Notes under the pieces: model-generated | Seen by the model: only the letters and a program-made list of their open reading frames with translations | The model's database searches: none | Told to the model about the DNA's origin: nothing | Part shown: piece by piece, positions 8,727-16,986 of the stretch | Position numbering within the stretch: position 1 is the stretch's first letter | Layout: each line of letters begins with the position of its first letter | Virus record (IMG/VR): IMGVR_UViG_3300046615_000768 | Span: 1 to 64,000 of that record | Strand: one strand, 5' to 3' | Source: a virus | Lineage: Duplodnaviria > Caudoviricetes | Length of the DNA stretch: 64,000 nucleotides | Position numbers and translations under genes: made by a program

Positions 8727-9514
8727 GCTACCTCCTCTGCGCGGCCAGCAAGGCCGAGGACAGCCATGACTTCGCGCGCCAGTTCGACCACGTTACGCGA
8801 GACTTGATGCTGGACGTTGGACTTGAGGATCGTTTTGCCGAGGGCTTCGGCCTGCTGGACCGCCGTGCTGTTCGGGATCTGAGTCTTGAAGATATGGTCG
8901 AAATACTGGTGCGCGCTGCCGGCGATCAGGCGGCAAACCGTAGTGCGCCCGTCGTACATGTTGAGCACCGCGCCGTAGCGCAGCGGCCGCGGATTAACGC
9001 TCTTGGCCTGTTCGATGAAGTCGATCATGTCGTCACTCCCGGACAATGACAGCCTGGAGCCGGTGTCGATTGGCACCAGGACCAAGTCGGCCGCGACCAG
9101 TGCGTTCGCGGTCAGGCTGCCCAGCGACGGCGGACAGTCGATCACGACCACGTCGTAGAGCTCGGCGACCTGCTTGAGCTTGTCCGACAGGAGCCGTGTC
9201 GACGTGAACGGGTTCAGTTGCAACGTGCGCTCGATGTTGCTCAGCTTGAGGGTTGAGCCAAGCAGGTGCACGCCGTCGATCCGGGTCTCGGTAATGATCG
9301 CCTCGGCCATCGGCGCCTCGCCCGACAGTACGCGCTCGACCGGCACCGGCGGCGCGAAATCATACGAGTAGGCGATCCGCGTTGCATTGAACTGCGGGTC
9401 GAAGTCGATCAATAGCACCGACAGGCCGGCGCGCGCGATCGCATCGCACAGATTCAGGCTGGCCGAGGTTTTGCCGACCCCGCCCTTGTGTGTAGCCACG
9501 GCGATAGTTTTCAT
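8723..9514 (-). CDS. parA: ParA family partition ATPase
   Basis: Deviant Walker A KGGVGKT, LIDFDPQ, VVIDCPP. Confidence 0.95.
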   Translation of the reverse strand: MKTIAVATHKGGVGKTSASLNLCDAIARAGLSVLLIDFDPQFNATRIAYSYDFAPPVPVERVLSGEAPMAEAIITETRIDGVHLLGSTLKLSNIERTLQLNPFTSTRLLSDKLKQVAELYDVVVIDCPPSLGSLTANALVAADLVLVPIDTGSRLSLSGSDDMIDFIEQAKSVNPRPLRYGAVLNMYDGRTTVCRLIAGSAHQYFDHIFKTQIPNSTAVQQAEALGKTILKSNVQHQVSRNVVELAREVMAVLGLAGRAEEVA

Positions 9515-9627
9515 GATTCCATGGGTAGTTTTGGAAGGACCAAAATTATCTCATGGGAAGTGCATGGATACCAAACGGTAATATGGGGTTTTTACGGATG
9601 GGCGCAGCTGTGCAAGCGCGCAAAAAT

Positions 9628-9656
9628 GGGGGGGTGTCATAGTATGACACCCCCCC
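9628..9656. promoter_or_regulatory. Palindrome GGGGGGGTGTCAT-AGT-ATGACACCCCCCC, candidate parS or operator upstream of parA
   Basis: Perfect 13-bp arms. Confidence 0.7.
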
Positions 9657-9682
9657 TGGCCCAACTCGACATGGCGGGGTGG

Positions 9683-9913
9683 CTACTGTGCGCGTCGCCG
9701 TGCGGCACGGCACGCACGCATGAAAGCCATCCATTCGTACTTTGTTCCGCCCGAGGTGTACTTCAACACGGCCGCTGGAGCGTTGTCACGGCGCGCCTCG
9801 GCCCGTGCGAGGGTTTTGCCTTTCTGCTGTTCGCGCCGTGCCTCGCTTCGCGCCTTTTGCTCACGATGCGCCGCCAGCTCGGCGAGCAGCTTCGGGCTGA
9901 GCTTGGCACTCAT
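9683..9913 (-). CDS. Small basic hypothetical protein
   Basis: Coupled to the upstream gene. Confidence 0.55.
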   Translation of the reverse strand: MSAKLSPKLLAELAAHREQKARSEARREQQKGKTLARAEARRDNAPAAVLKYTSGGTKYEWMAFMRACRAARRRAQ

Positions 9914-10449
9914 CGGTGCCGCTCGTAGGCGCGCATCACGGCCGCCAAGCCGGGCCTACACTCCTTGAACTCAGGACACGTGCCGTTCCTGTAGACGCAC
10001 TCGGGAACCATGTAGTGAGCCAGGTCTGGGTCCACATCAGCCATTTCCTTGCGCAGTCGCCGCCAGGTTGCGACCGTCTTGCCCGACGCGGCGTAGCACA
10101 GACGCTTGCGGCTGATCGTGATGATCGCCTGGGCGTTGATCAGCATGCCGTGGTTGACCGGCGTGTTCCGGTTGACCACATCGTCGCCGGCGCCGCCCCG
10201 ATCGTCGCGCATCGACTGCACGAAATGCTCGACGCCGTGCTTGTGCCGCACCAGGTGCACGGAAACGAACGTCGGGATTGCCGGCAGTTCGATCCAGAAC
10301 AGGCGGGCCCGCACCGGGCTGTGCTCGGTGCGATACCAGGCTTTGAGCGGGGCCTTGACCGGCTGGCCGTGCGTCGTCATCTGCGCGGCGCGCTGCACGA
10401 AGGCCAGGTCGGTCACGGGCGTGATGGTGATAACGCGGCGCGCCGTCAT
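9910..10449 (-). CDS. ThyX-like (FAD-dependent thymidylate synthase fold) protein, divergent
   Basis: EHSPVR, VSVHLVRHK...QSMR, N-x-x-A and PECVYRNGxCPE; the true start is probably MTARRV at 10449. Confidence 0.6.
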   Translation of the reverse strand: MTARRVITITPVTDLAFVQRAAQMTTHGQPVKAPLKAWYRTEHSPVRARLFWIELPAIPTFVSVHLVRHKHGVEHFVQSMRDDRGGAGDDVVNRNTPVNHGMLINAQAIITISRKRLCYAASGKTVATWRRLRKEMADVDPDLAHYMVPECVYRNGTCPEFKECRPGLAAVMRAYERHR

Positions 10450-10715
10450 CGAACGACGTAGTTGGCGCCTTCCTTGTCGGGCGCGTAGAGGATATCGCGC
10501 AGCTGGTTGATCGACAGGCCGGTGGCGTCGTGGGCCTTGATCAGCATGGTCGCGGTGACGCTCAGGCGGCCGTGGCGGATCTTGCTGAGGACGGGCGGGG
10601 CCACGTCCATGAAGCGCGACAGGGCGGCGTCGTTCTTGAGGTTCAGGTGCGACACCAGCGTGTCGATGAAGTAATTCGGGCTTTGGACGCGTGGGTCCGG
10701 TTTCTTCGCGGGCAT
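10446..10715 (-). CDS. Small HTH protein of a type common in Oxalobacteraceae
   Basis: LKNDAALSRFMDVAPPVLSKIRHGRLSV pattern. Confidence 0.75.
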   Translation of the reverse strand: MPAKKPDPRVQSPNYFIDTLVSHLNLKNDAALSRFMDVAPPVLSKIRHGRLSVTATMLIKAHDATGLSINQLRDILYAPDKEGANYVVR

Positions 10716-10730
10716 GTATGGCTCCTTGGT

Positions 10731-11120
10731 TTATGAAAATCGCACGCCGAGTTCCGTCGCGGCATGCGCCTCGACCTCTTGCATGAAAGTGCTGAACTCC
10801 TCGACATCGAGGTTCTTGGACGACATTGGTGTGAGCCCGCCGAACGGCAATTCGACGAACCCGATGAACTTCCCCTTGAAATAGTGGTGCCACTCGCGCT
10901 TGCCGTAGCGGCGCCCATCGACCACGACCTGCTCGACGATCGCGCTCAGGATCGGGCCGAAGTAGCGCTTGTTCTGCTCCCGTGAGCGCTTCGATTTGTA
11001 GAACGAGACCGTCACCGCGAGGAAGCGACCCTCGTCGGCGAAGGCCTTCCAGTTGTCGGTCAGGAAGGCGATGAGCGATGCCAGGTGAACCAGCTCGCGC
11101 AGGACGAATGTGCGGTTCAT
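10731..11120 (-). CDS. ninB: NinB/Orf family recombination mediator
   Basis: KRSREQNKRYF...W...K...SSKNLDVEEFSTFMQEVEA. Confidence 0.8.
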   Translation of the reverse strand: MNRTFVLRELVHLASLIAFLTDNWKAFADEGRFLAVTVSFYKSKRSREQNKRYFGPILSAIVEQVVVDGRRYGKREWHHYFKGKFIGFVELPFGGLTPMSSKNLDVEEFSTFMQEVEAHAATELGVRFS

Positions 11121-11461
11121 CAGTGAGACGGCCCGCTTTCCTCGGCCTGCTGCAGGACCGCTGCCTGCTGGATGCGGGTGACAAACCCTTCCAGCATGGA
11201 GTCGGACGCTTCGCCGAAGTTGTTCACGACGAGGGCCGCGAGCTTGTCGGCCAGGTAGCCCATGGTGCAGACGAACTGGCGGATCTCGTCCTCCATGCCT
11301 TGGTCGTACTCGTCGTCCGGCTCGACGGCGTTCTTCATCACCGTCGGGGCCAGGCCCGGCGCGTGGAAGAGCGACCCGAAGAAGCAGTCGAAACACGGCA
11401 GGCCGTTGTCGTCGAAGTGGATATAGACACCGTCGATGTCGTCCTCGTTGATCTCTTCCAT
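11120..11461 (-). CDS. Hypothetical protein, tandem paralog of 11465-11818
   Basis: GLPCFDCFF motif. Confidence 0.65.
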   Translation of the reverse strand: MEEINEDDIDGVYIHFDDNGLPCFDCFFGSLFHAPGLAPTVMKNAVEPDDEYDQGMEDEIRQFVCTMGYLADKLAALVVNNFGEASDSMLEGFVTRIQQAAVLQQAEESGPSH

Positions 11462-11464
11462 GCT

Positions 11465-11818
11465 TTATTCCCTCGCTCGTTGAATGACTTGGTCTACTTG
11501 CCGCAGCACGTCGATGCGTTTCGTGCAGGTGTGCCGCAGGCGCGCCACGAACGCATCGAGAACGAAGTGGGCGCCGTCCTCGACCTCCTTGACCGCGACC
11601 GTCGCCAGGGCGTCGGCGACATAGGCGATCGCCGCGCCGAAACGGCGCGACTTCGCCTCGGCCTCGTCGTCCAGACCGCTGCGGCCAAGCGGGATGCTCG
11701 CCAGGTGCGCATCGGTGAACAACGTGATGACCGCGTCGAAGAAGCAGTCGAAGCACGGCAGGCCGGCTTCGGTCAGGGGGATGGCCACGGCCATGCCGTC
11801 GTCCGCGTGTTCAGCCAT
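11465..11818 (-). CDS. Hypothetical protein, tandem paralog of 11120-11461
   Basis: GLPCFDCFF motif. Confidence 0.65.
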   Translation of the reverse strand: MAEHADDGMAVAIPLTEAGLPCFDCFFDAVITLFTDAHLASIPLGRSGLDDEAEAKSRRFGAAIAYVADALATVAVKEVEDGAHFVLDAFVARLRHTCTKRIDVLRQVDQVIQRARE

Positions 11819-12392
11819 GCGTCACCGCCAGCGGGATATCCAGAACCTTGCGCAGGTGCGGGTACAGGCCCGGTACGCCCACTCGCTTGTCCCGTTCGAG
11901 CAGGCTGATATAGCCCTGCGGCAGTCCAATGGCCTCGGCCACGTCGTCCTGGAACCAGCCCTTTTTCAAGCGCGCAGCCTTGAGTTCGGCGCCGGTGATG
12001 GACTGCGGACCGCCATCCGAACCCTCCTCTTGCAGCAGGTCGACCAGGCGAGAAACGGCCCACTTGCCGGGCGAGCCGATCGAAGGCGGCTCGATGCTCG
12101 CCAGGTGCAGCTGCCCGACTGGTTCGCTCGGCTCGGCTGGCGCGGCTGGCGTCAGGCGCACTTGCTGCGGGACGCCGTCGACCACGTCGTCGAACTTGCG
12201 CGACAGGTAGGCGACGAAGCGGTCGCGCGCCTTGGGGCAGTCCGACTCGCCGAGCACGTGGCCGCAGACCTTCGCCAGCTCTTCGAGGAAAGCCGCGGCG
12301 CCGGCCGAGTAGTGGAACGGGTTCGGATTCGCGGCCGAGATCACAGCGAGCCGGTCGTGCACGTACTGTTCTGATGGGTTCATTGCGCGCAT
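11811..12392 (-). CDS. Protein with a C-terminal XRE-type HTH
   Basis: LKAARLKKGWFQDDVAEAIGLPQGYISLLERD. Confidence 0.75.
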   Translation of the reverse strand: MRAMNPSEQYVHDRLAVISAANPNPFHYSAGAAAFLEELAKVCGHVLGESDCPKARDRFVAYLSRKFDDVVDGVPQQVRLTPAAPAEPSEPVGQLHLASIEPPSIGSPGKWAVSRLVDLLQEEGSDGGPQSITGAELKAARLKKGWFQDDVAEAIGLPQGYISLLERDKRVGVPGLYPHLRKVLDIPLAVTHG

Positions 12393-12401
12393 AGTTGCTC
12401 C

Positions 12402-12824
12402 TCAGAAAGGCACATCATCTGGTTGCCAATCCTGCTGCGGTGCCTGCTGCTGCGGGCGTGCTTGTGGCGCGCTGCTGCCGGCGCCGTCGGGGCGGCCGCC
12501 CAGCATCTGCATGTTGTCGGCGATGATGTCCGTCGCGTAGCGCTCGATCCCGTCCTTGTCGGTGTACTTGCGCGTCTGCAGGCGACCCTCGATGTAGACC
12601 GACGAGCCCTTTTTCAGGTACTTCCCCATGATCTCGGCGAGCTTGCCGAACGCCGAAATGCGGTGCCATTCGGTCTTTTCCGTCTGCTCGCCGGTGGCCT
12701 TGTCCTTCGACTTGAAGGACGTGGCGACGGCGATGTTGGCGATTGCGTCGCCGCTGGGCATGTAGCGCATTTCGGGGTCGCGGCCGAGGTTGCCGAGGAT
12801 GATGACTTTGTTGACGGAAGCCAT
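12402..12824 (-). CDS. ssb: Single-stranded DNA-binding protein
   Basis: [34 protein letters not shown], acidic tail DDVPF. Confidence 0.97.
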   Translation of the reverse strand: MASVNKVIILGNLGRDPEMRYMPSGDAIANIAVATSFKSKDKATGEQTEKTEWHRISAFGKLAEIMGKYLKKGSSVYIEGRLQTRKYTDKDGIERYATDIIADNMQMLGGRPDGAGSSAPQARPQQQAPQQDWQPDDVPF

Positions 12825-12844
12825 GTTCTGGTAAGTCCTTTCGT

Positions 12845-13186
12845 TCAATTGGAGGGGATACGACGGTGCTTCATGCCCAGCAACAGGCCGCGTCGGGACA
12901 GCATGTTCTCGATTTCGTCCACAGAGATGCGCCCCATGTTCGGCATATTTGCCAGCTCCCAGCGGGTAAAGCAGACGAGTTCCTCGACGGTCTCAATGCC
13001 GTGGGTGAGCAGGCAGTTGCGGGCGCGCACACTCAGCTCCAGTTCGGGGACCGGCGTTCTTTTGAGTGCCGTGGGGACGGCCGGGTCGGCGCCGGCAGCC
13101 ACCTCCTGGAGGTGAATGTAGCTACTCAGGACCTGGATGGCCTGGCGCGCCTGTTCCACGTCGGCGATGGTGACGGTCAGCTGCAT
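12845..13186 (-). CDS. RNA polymerase alpha-CTD-like domain protein
   Basis: [23 protein letters not shown]...[12 protein letters not shown] resembles the RpoA CTD (LELTVRSANCL...PNLGKKSLTEI). Confidence 0.85.
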   Translation of the reverse strand: MQLTVTIADVEQARQAIQVLSSYIHLQEVAAGADPAVPTALKRTPVPELELSVRARNCLLTHGIETVEELVCFTRWELANMPNMGRISVDEIENMLSRRGLLLGMKHRRIPSN

Positions 13187-13195
13187 GGGATGCCT

Positions 13196-13972
13196 TTATT
13201 TGTCGGGGTGTTGGTCGTAGATGGTTTTCATGTACTGCCCGGCATACGCACGGGCTGCCGTGACCCGCCGCATGACGCGTTCTTCCAGCGCGCGGTCGCG
13301 CCGGTACTGGACGGTCGTGATGCGCAGCTCGATGGCGAGCTGTTCGCGCTTTATCCCGTCCTCGTGCTCGATCAGGTGCCGGCGCTCGAACTTGTGCAGG
13401 TGCCGGTCCTCGAAGCCGATCAGGTCCTCGGGCGTGTCGACCAGGCAGAACGCCACTTCCGCCTCTTCCCGGTCGAACAGCCACATGTAACCGCGCACCT
13501 GCCATTCATAGCCGGGGTCGTGGGCTTCCTCGGCAGTCATCGGGAAGGTCTTGAGCGACCAGCTCGACTTGATGTCGATGATCTTGACCGGCGTGATGAT
13601 GTCCGGCTCGCCCTGTATGTAGTCGTTGAAGCGGCGCCCCTTGTGCTTGATGTGGTAGGTCTGGAAGCGCTCGTTGTACAGCTCGATCGAATCGTTCTCG
13701 ACGTTGTTGCCCTTTGTGGTGTACTTCGAGCTGAACTTCTCCTCGTAGCCGAGCACCTGGGCGCGCACCAGCGACTCGATCATGGTCTTCGCGCCGGCCG
13801 ACAGGGTCATGTCGAACAGCGGGGCCAGGATCGCGTGATCCTCGGGCGTCTTGGCCTTCTTGGCCGCGATCGGACGGGTCACATCATCGAGCAGGGCGGG
13901 GTCGATGCTGCGCGGATCGGTCATCAAGGTTCCGAGCGACGAGCAGCGGCAGAAGAACTCGAAGTCTTTCAT
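13196..13972 (-). CDS. PD-(D/E)xK phage exonuclease (YqaJ/lambda-exo-like)
   Basis: CSSLG, KGNxxE, GEPDII...IIDIKSSW, YEWQVRGYMWL. Confidence 0.8.
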   Translation of the reverse strand: MKDFEFFCRCSSLGTLMTDPRSIDPALLDDVTRPIAAKKAKTPEDHAILAPLFDMTLSAGAKTMIESLVRAQVLGYEEKFSSKYTTKGNNVENDSIELYNERFQTYHIKHKGRRFNDYIQGEPDIITPVKIIDIKSSWSLKTFPMTAEEAHDPGYEWQVRGYMWLFDREEAEVAFCLVDTPEDLIGFEDRHLHKFERRHLIEHEDGIKREQLAIELRITTVQYRRDRALEERVMRRVTAARAYAGQYMKTIYDQHPDK

Positions 13973-14481
13973 TGCGCGCCCTGCGCCGCCTCGGCCGTGG
14001 CGACGCGGGCCAGCTGGTCCTCGGTCAGGGCGAACCTGGCACGCAGCGCCTGCGCGCTGAACTCGCCGCGGGCGATCTTGTCCAGGGCAGCGGTCAGGCG
14101 CGCCTCCGACAGGATCTCCGTCGGCACGGCCGGGGGCGGAACCTTTTCGCGCACGCGCAGGCAATCAACGGTTTCCCGTCCCATCTTCGTCGTGGCCGCG
14201 TAGAGCGTGATGCGCTTGCCGACCCACTTCTGCCAGGCCCAGCCGTACAGGCCTTCGATGATCTTGCCGTTGGTCTTGTTGCAGATCAGGGCTTTTTCCT
14301 CTTCCTCGAACCAGACGTGCATCAGGTTCTCGGACTTGCCGCTGCCGACCGTAACCATCTTCTTCTCGGCGTGCCGGATGGTGAGGGTCAAGTCCTGGCC
14401 ATTGGGCAGCGAATACACGCCGAGAAAGCGCGTATCGACCAGCTGCTTCCAGTGGGTCAGCGTTTCCACTTGCTCGCTCAT
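13969..14481 (-). CDS. Probable single-strand annealing or recombination partner of the exonuclease
   Basis: Position next to the exonuclease; HWK...LICNKTN...WVGKRITLYA pattern. Confidence 0.55.
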   Translation of the reverse strand: MSEQVETLTHWKQLVDTRFLGVYSLPNGQDLTLTIRHAEKKMVTVGSGKSENLMHVWFEEEEKALICNKTNGKIIEGLYGWAWQKWVGKRITLYAATTKMGRETVDCLRVREKVPPPAVPTEILSEARLTAALDKIARGEFSAQALRARFALTEDQLARVATAEAAQGAQ

Positions 14482-14945
14482 GCCCGACCTCCCAGCTGCG
14501 CGCGGCGCCGGCGCGGCCCGGCCGCGTCGATACGGGCCTGGTCGGCCTCGAACTGGCGTTGGGCCATGACGATGCTCTCGACGGCCGCCAGCTCGCTCAG
14601 TGCCAGCATGTCGTGAATGTCGGTGCCTTCCGCGATCAGCGTGCGGATCTTGCCGTCGGTCGACGCCAGGACGAGCGACTCGACCGTCCAGATATGCTTG
14701 AAGTCGAAGTAGGGCGGGCAGCCGGGCTCGCCCGGGTCGCCGTTGGCGAAGGTGTGAACCTCGGGCTCGCCCGGCTCGTAGCAGTACACGACCTGGACAG
14801 GCACAGGCGCGTTGCCACGCACGCTGACGGCCTCATAGGGGCCGACAGGCAGTTCCAGGCAGGGGATTGTGATGCGGGTGGTGTCGTCCAAGACGGGCTC
14901 CTGTTTTTTTCCGTAGGAAACAGAAGCCAGTGTATTTAAATCCAA
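14478..14945 (-). CDS. Hypothetical protein, first gene of the pL-like operon
   Basis: Follows the AT-rich operator region. Confidence 0.55.
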   Translation of the reverse strand: MDLNTLASVSYGKKQEPVLDDTTRITIPCLELPVGPYEAVSVRGNAPVPVQVVYCYEPGEPEVHTFANGDPGEPGCPPYFDFKHIWTVESLVLASTDGKIRTLIAEGTDIHDMLALSELAAVESIVMAQRQFEADQARIDAAGPRRRRAQLGGRA

Positions 14946-14990
14946 ACTTTAAATACAAGCCAAACTTTATATTTGTTAGCAGTACTTTAG
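14936..14990. promoter_or_regulatory. oL-like operator region
   Basis: TACAAG-N5-CTTTAT at 14954-14970 resembles the operator at 15846-15862; CCAAACTTTA occurs twice. Confidence 0.45.
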
Positions 14991-15061
14991 ACCTATTCGT
15001 CGAAATGCTGTTGCATTAAGGGAACAATTGCTACAACTATTGGAACGCAACCGGGGGGGAG

Positions 15062-15092
15062 AAAATAAAAAAGCCGGCGCACGGCCGGCTTT
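15062..15092 (-). terminator. Rho-independent terminator after cI
   Basis: AAGCCGGC-loop-GCCGGCTT stem with an A-run on its left (U-run on the minus strand). Confidence 0.75.
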
Positions 15093-15110
15093 GTGGTGGA
15101 AGGGAGTGGA

Positions 15111-15743
15111 TTAAACCGGGCCTTGATGCGCGATGACCCGGCCGACGATCTGCAATGCGTCAGCTGCGACGACCTGTTCCGGTATGTTCCGGCGATCGGC
15201 CTGCACCCGAACGGTGCCGTCGATCTGTAAGTACAGGCGGCGCACCTGGTGCCCAGCTGGTGTTTTCAGGAGAAACACTTTGTTGTCCTGCACGACTGCC
15301 TGTTGCAGGTCTACCAGCATCTGGTTGCCCAGGTTCATGCTGTCGTCCGAGGTCATGAAGACCCGGCACCACTCCGGTTTTACGCCGAGCTGTTCAAACA
15401 GGTCCCGGCGGTAGGCAAAGCTGTTGTTGTCATCGGCTAGATCGCCGACTTCTTCGTGATGCTGCACCTGTTGCCCTCCTTGGTCTCTTTCAGTTCCCAG
15501 AAGCGGTATGAGTATGTAATTGGCCGCTATAGGTACATTAACATCAATTCCGGCAGTCAACCATTCCACTGTTGCATCTAACACGAAGGCAATCTTTTTT
15601 AACCGATGGTATGAAGGCACGGCATTTTTCTCTTCCCAAAAATAGACGGCCTGTTGGGTTACGCCGACTAGCTCACCTAGTTCAGCGCGACTTTTGCCAA
15701 GTTCTATACGACGATTTTTGATGCGTTCATGGATCGTTGGCAT
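15111..15743 (-). CDS. cI: CI-like repressor (XRE HTH plus degenerate S24 domain)
   Basis: IKNRRIELGKSRAELGELVGVTQQAVYFWE; DDSM and VRRL in the C-terminal domain; divergent from cro; RBS GGGAG. Confidence 0.85.
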   Translation of the reverse strand: MPTIHERIKNRRIELGKSRAELGELVGVTQQAVYFWEEKNAVPSYHRLKKIAFVLDATVEWLTAGIDVNVPIAANYILIPLLGTERDQGGQQVQHHEEVGDLADDNNSFAYRRDLFEQLGVKPEWCRVFMTSDDSMNLGNQMLVDLQQAVVQDNKVFLLKTPAGHQVRRLYLQIDGTVRVQADRRNIPEQVVAADALQIVGRVIAHQGPV

Positions 15744-15815
15744 GCTTCTCCCCTGTTGTACAAAGTTCATAAACAGCAACTTATCACAGGTTGCGCGCAA
15801 CCGAAACTTTGTTCG

Positions 15816-15866
15816 TTAAAGTAGCGCTTAAATTATGCTTGCTTCTACAAGCCCTGCTTGTAAAAT
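15816..15866. promoter_or_regulatory. oR-like operators and pR
   Basis: Perfect palindrome TACAAG-CCCTG-CTTGTA at 15846-15862; related TTAAAG-N5-CTTAAA at 15816-15832; TTGCTT-N16-TAAAAT. Confidence 0.55.
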
Positions 15867-15872
15867 GTGTGC

Positions 15873-16130
15873 ATGAAAAAACTTTCCGCACGGATGCTTG
15901 CCGCTCGCAGGCGCCGCGAAATCAAGCAGTTCGACCGGGTTGTAGCCGTCGTCGGCTCGAAGTCGGCGATCTCGCGTGCGCTCGGCGTCACGGTCCAGGC
16001 GGTGCAGTGGTGGCGTAAAGACGGCGTGCCGCCGAACCGCTGTGCCCAGCTCTACCGCCTCTCGGGCGGTCTGGTGCAGTGCGAGCAGCTGCGTGAAGAC
16101 TTCGGCCAGCTGCCCAAGGTGGGTGGATGA
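15873..16130 (+). CDS. cro: Cro/YdaS-like repressor
   Basis: GSKSAISRALGVTVQAVQWWRKDGVPPNRC; divergent from cI. Confidence 0.8.
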   Translation: MKKLSARMLAARRRREIKQFDRVVAVVGSKSAISRALGVTVQAVQWWRKDGVPPNRCAQLYRLSGGLVQCEQLREDFGQLPKVGG

Positions 16131-16555
16131 AGCGCACGACCCCGCTCAAGCGCACGGCCTTCAAGCCCAAGGACCGCAGCTGGAAGCTGACCAACGGCAC
16201 TCGCTCGCGCGAAAAGGCGCCGCGCAAGAACGCCATGAAGACCAGGCAGCGCGCCGTCACCGTCGAGGAAAAGCGCCTGTGGGATCGCATGGCCAGCGAG
16301 ATCGGCTGCATCGCCTGCCGCGTGGCCGGCCGCGCCACCAGCGACTACGTCTCCATTCACCACATCGACGGCCGCACGAAGAAGAACTGCCACCAGCTGG
16401 TCCTCCCGCTGTGCGCCGGCTGTCACCAGCAGGGCACCGGCACCGATAAGAGCCTGGTCGCCGTCCACCCGAACAAGACGCGTTTCGAGCAGCTGTACGG
16501 CACCCAGCTCGAACTGCTCGCCCGTGTCCACACCATTCTCGGAATCGCATCGTGA
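16127..16555 (+). CDS. ref: Ref-family RecA-dependent HNH nuclease
   Basis: GCIAC...IHHIDGR...VLPLCAGCHQ...AVHPNKTRFEQLYGT. Confidence 0.8.
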   Translation: MKRTTPLKRTAFKPKDRSWKLTNGTRSREKAPRKNAMKTRQRAVTVEEKRLWDRMASEIGCIACRVAGRATSDYVSIHHIDGRTKKNCHQLVLPLCAGCHQQGTGTDKSLVAVHPNKTRFEQLYGTQLELLARVHTILGIAS

Positions 16556-16986
16556 TGAGCCGTAAGAAAGCCGCCGAATATTTCGTTGTCGCCTGGGTCA
16601 AGGACTGGCGCCTGCGCACCTACTTGAACGTCATCGCCGATGGCGGCCCGCGCATCGAGTGGGATCAGGCGCACACCCTGTTTCCCTGGTTGCCGGACGC
16701 AGGCCTGTTCATACGCAACCTCAGCTGCCGCCCGTACCTCGCAGGGGCGAACCGGCCGTTGTCGGACGCACTGTGCGATGCCGGCCCGTCCGCAGCCGAC
16801 CTGCTCGCGTTCGCACCGAAGATCGAGGCCTTCACGTTCAAAACGCATAGCAGTGCCTACGTCGAGCCGGTGCAGAAAGCGGCAGGGCGGGGACGCAAAA
16901 AGCTCGCGCTCGCCAAAACGTTCTTGCCCGAAGCGATGGACCGCGTTGTTCGCCTGAACGGCCACCACTGGAAGGTATGCAAATGA
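16552..16986 (+). CDS. Hypothetical protein
   Basis: Coupled overlaps with neighbours. Confidence 0.55.
   Translation: MMSRKKAAEYFVVAWVKDWRLRTYLNVIADGGPRIEWDQAHTLFPWLPDAGLFIRNLSCRPYLAGANRPLSDALCDAGPSAADLLAFAPKIEAFTFKTHSSAYVEPVQKAAGRGRKKLALAKTFLPEAMDRVVRLNGHHWKVCK

Noticed and set aside
12866-14203. Long plus-strand ORFs antisense to the recombination genes (also 375-2084, 16857-18170, 38846-40090, 52213-55974)
   Set aside because: Shadow ORFs opposite genes with recognisable motifs
16127-16555. HNH protein as the homing endonuclease for the capsid introns
   Set aside because: The motif pattern fits the Ref family, it lies in the early operon far from the introns, and it lacks the extra DNA-binding domains of homing HNH enzymes
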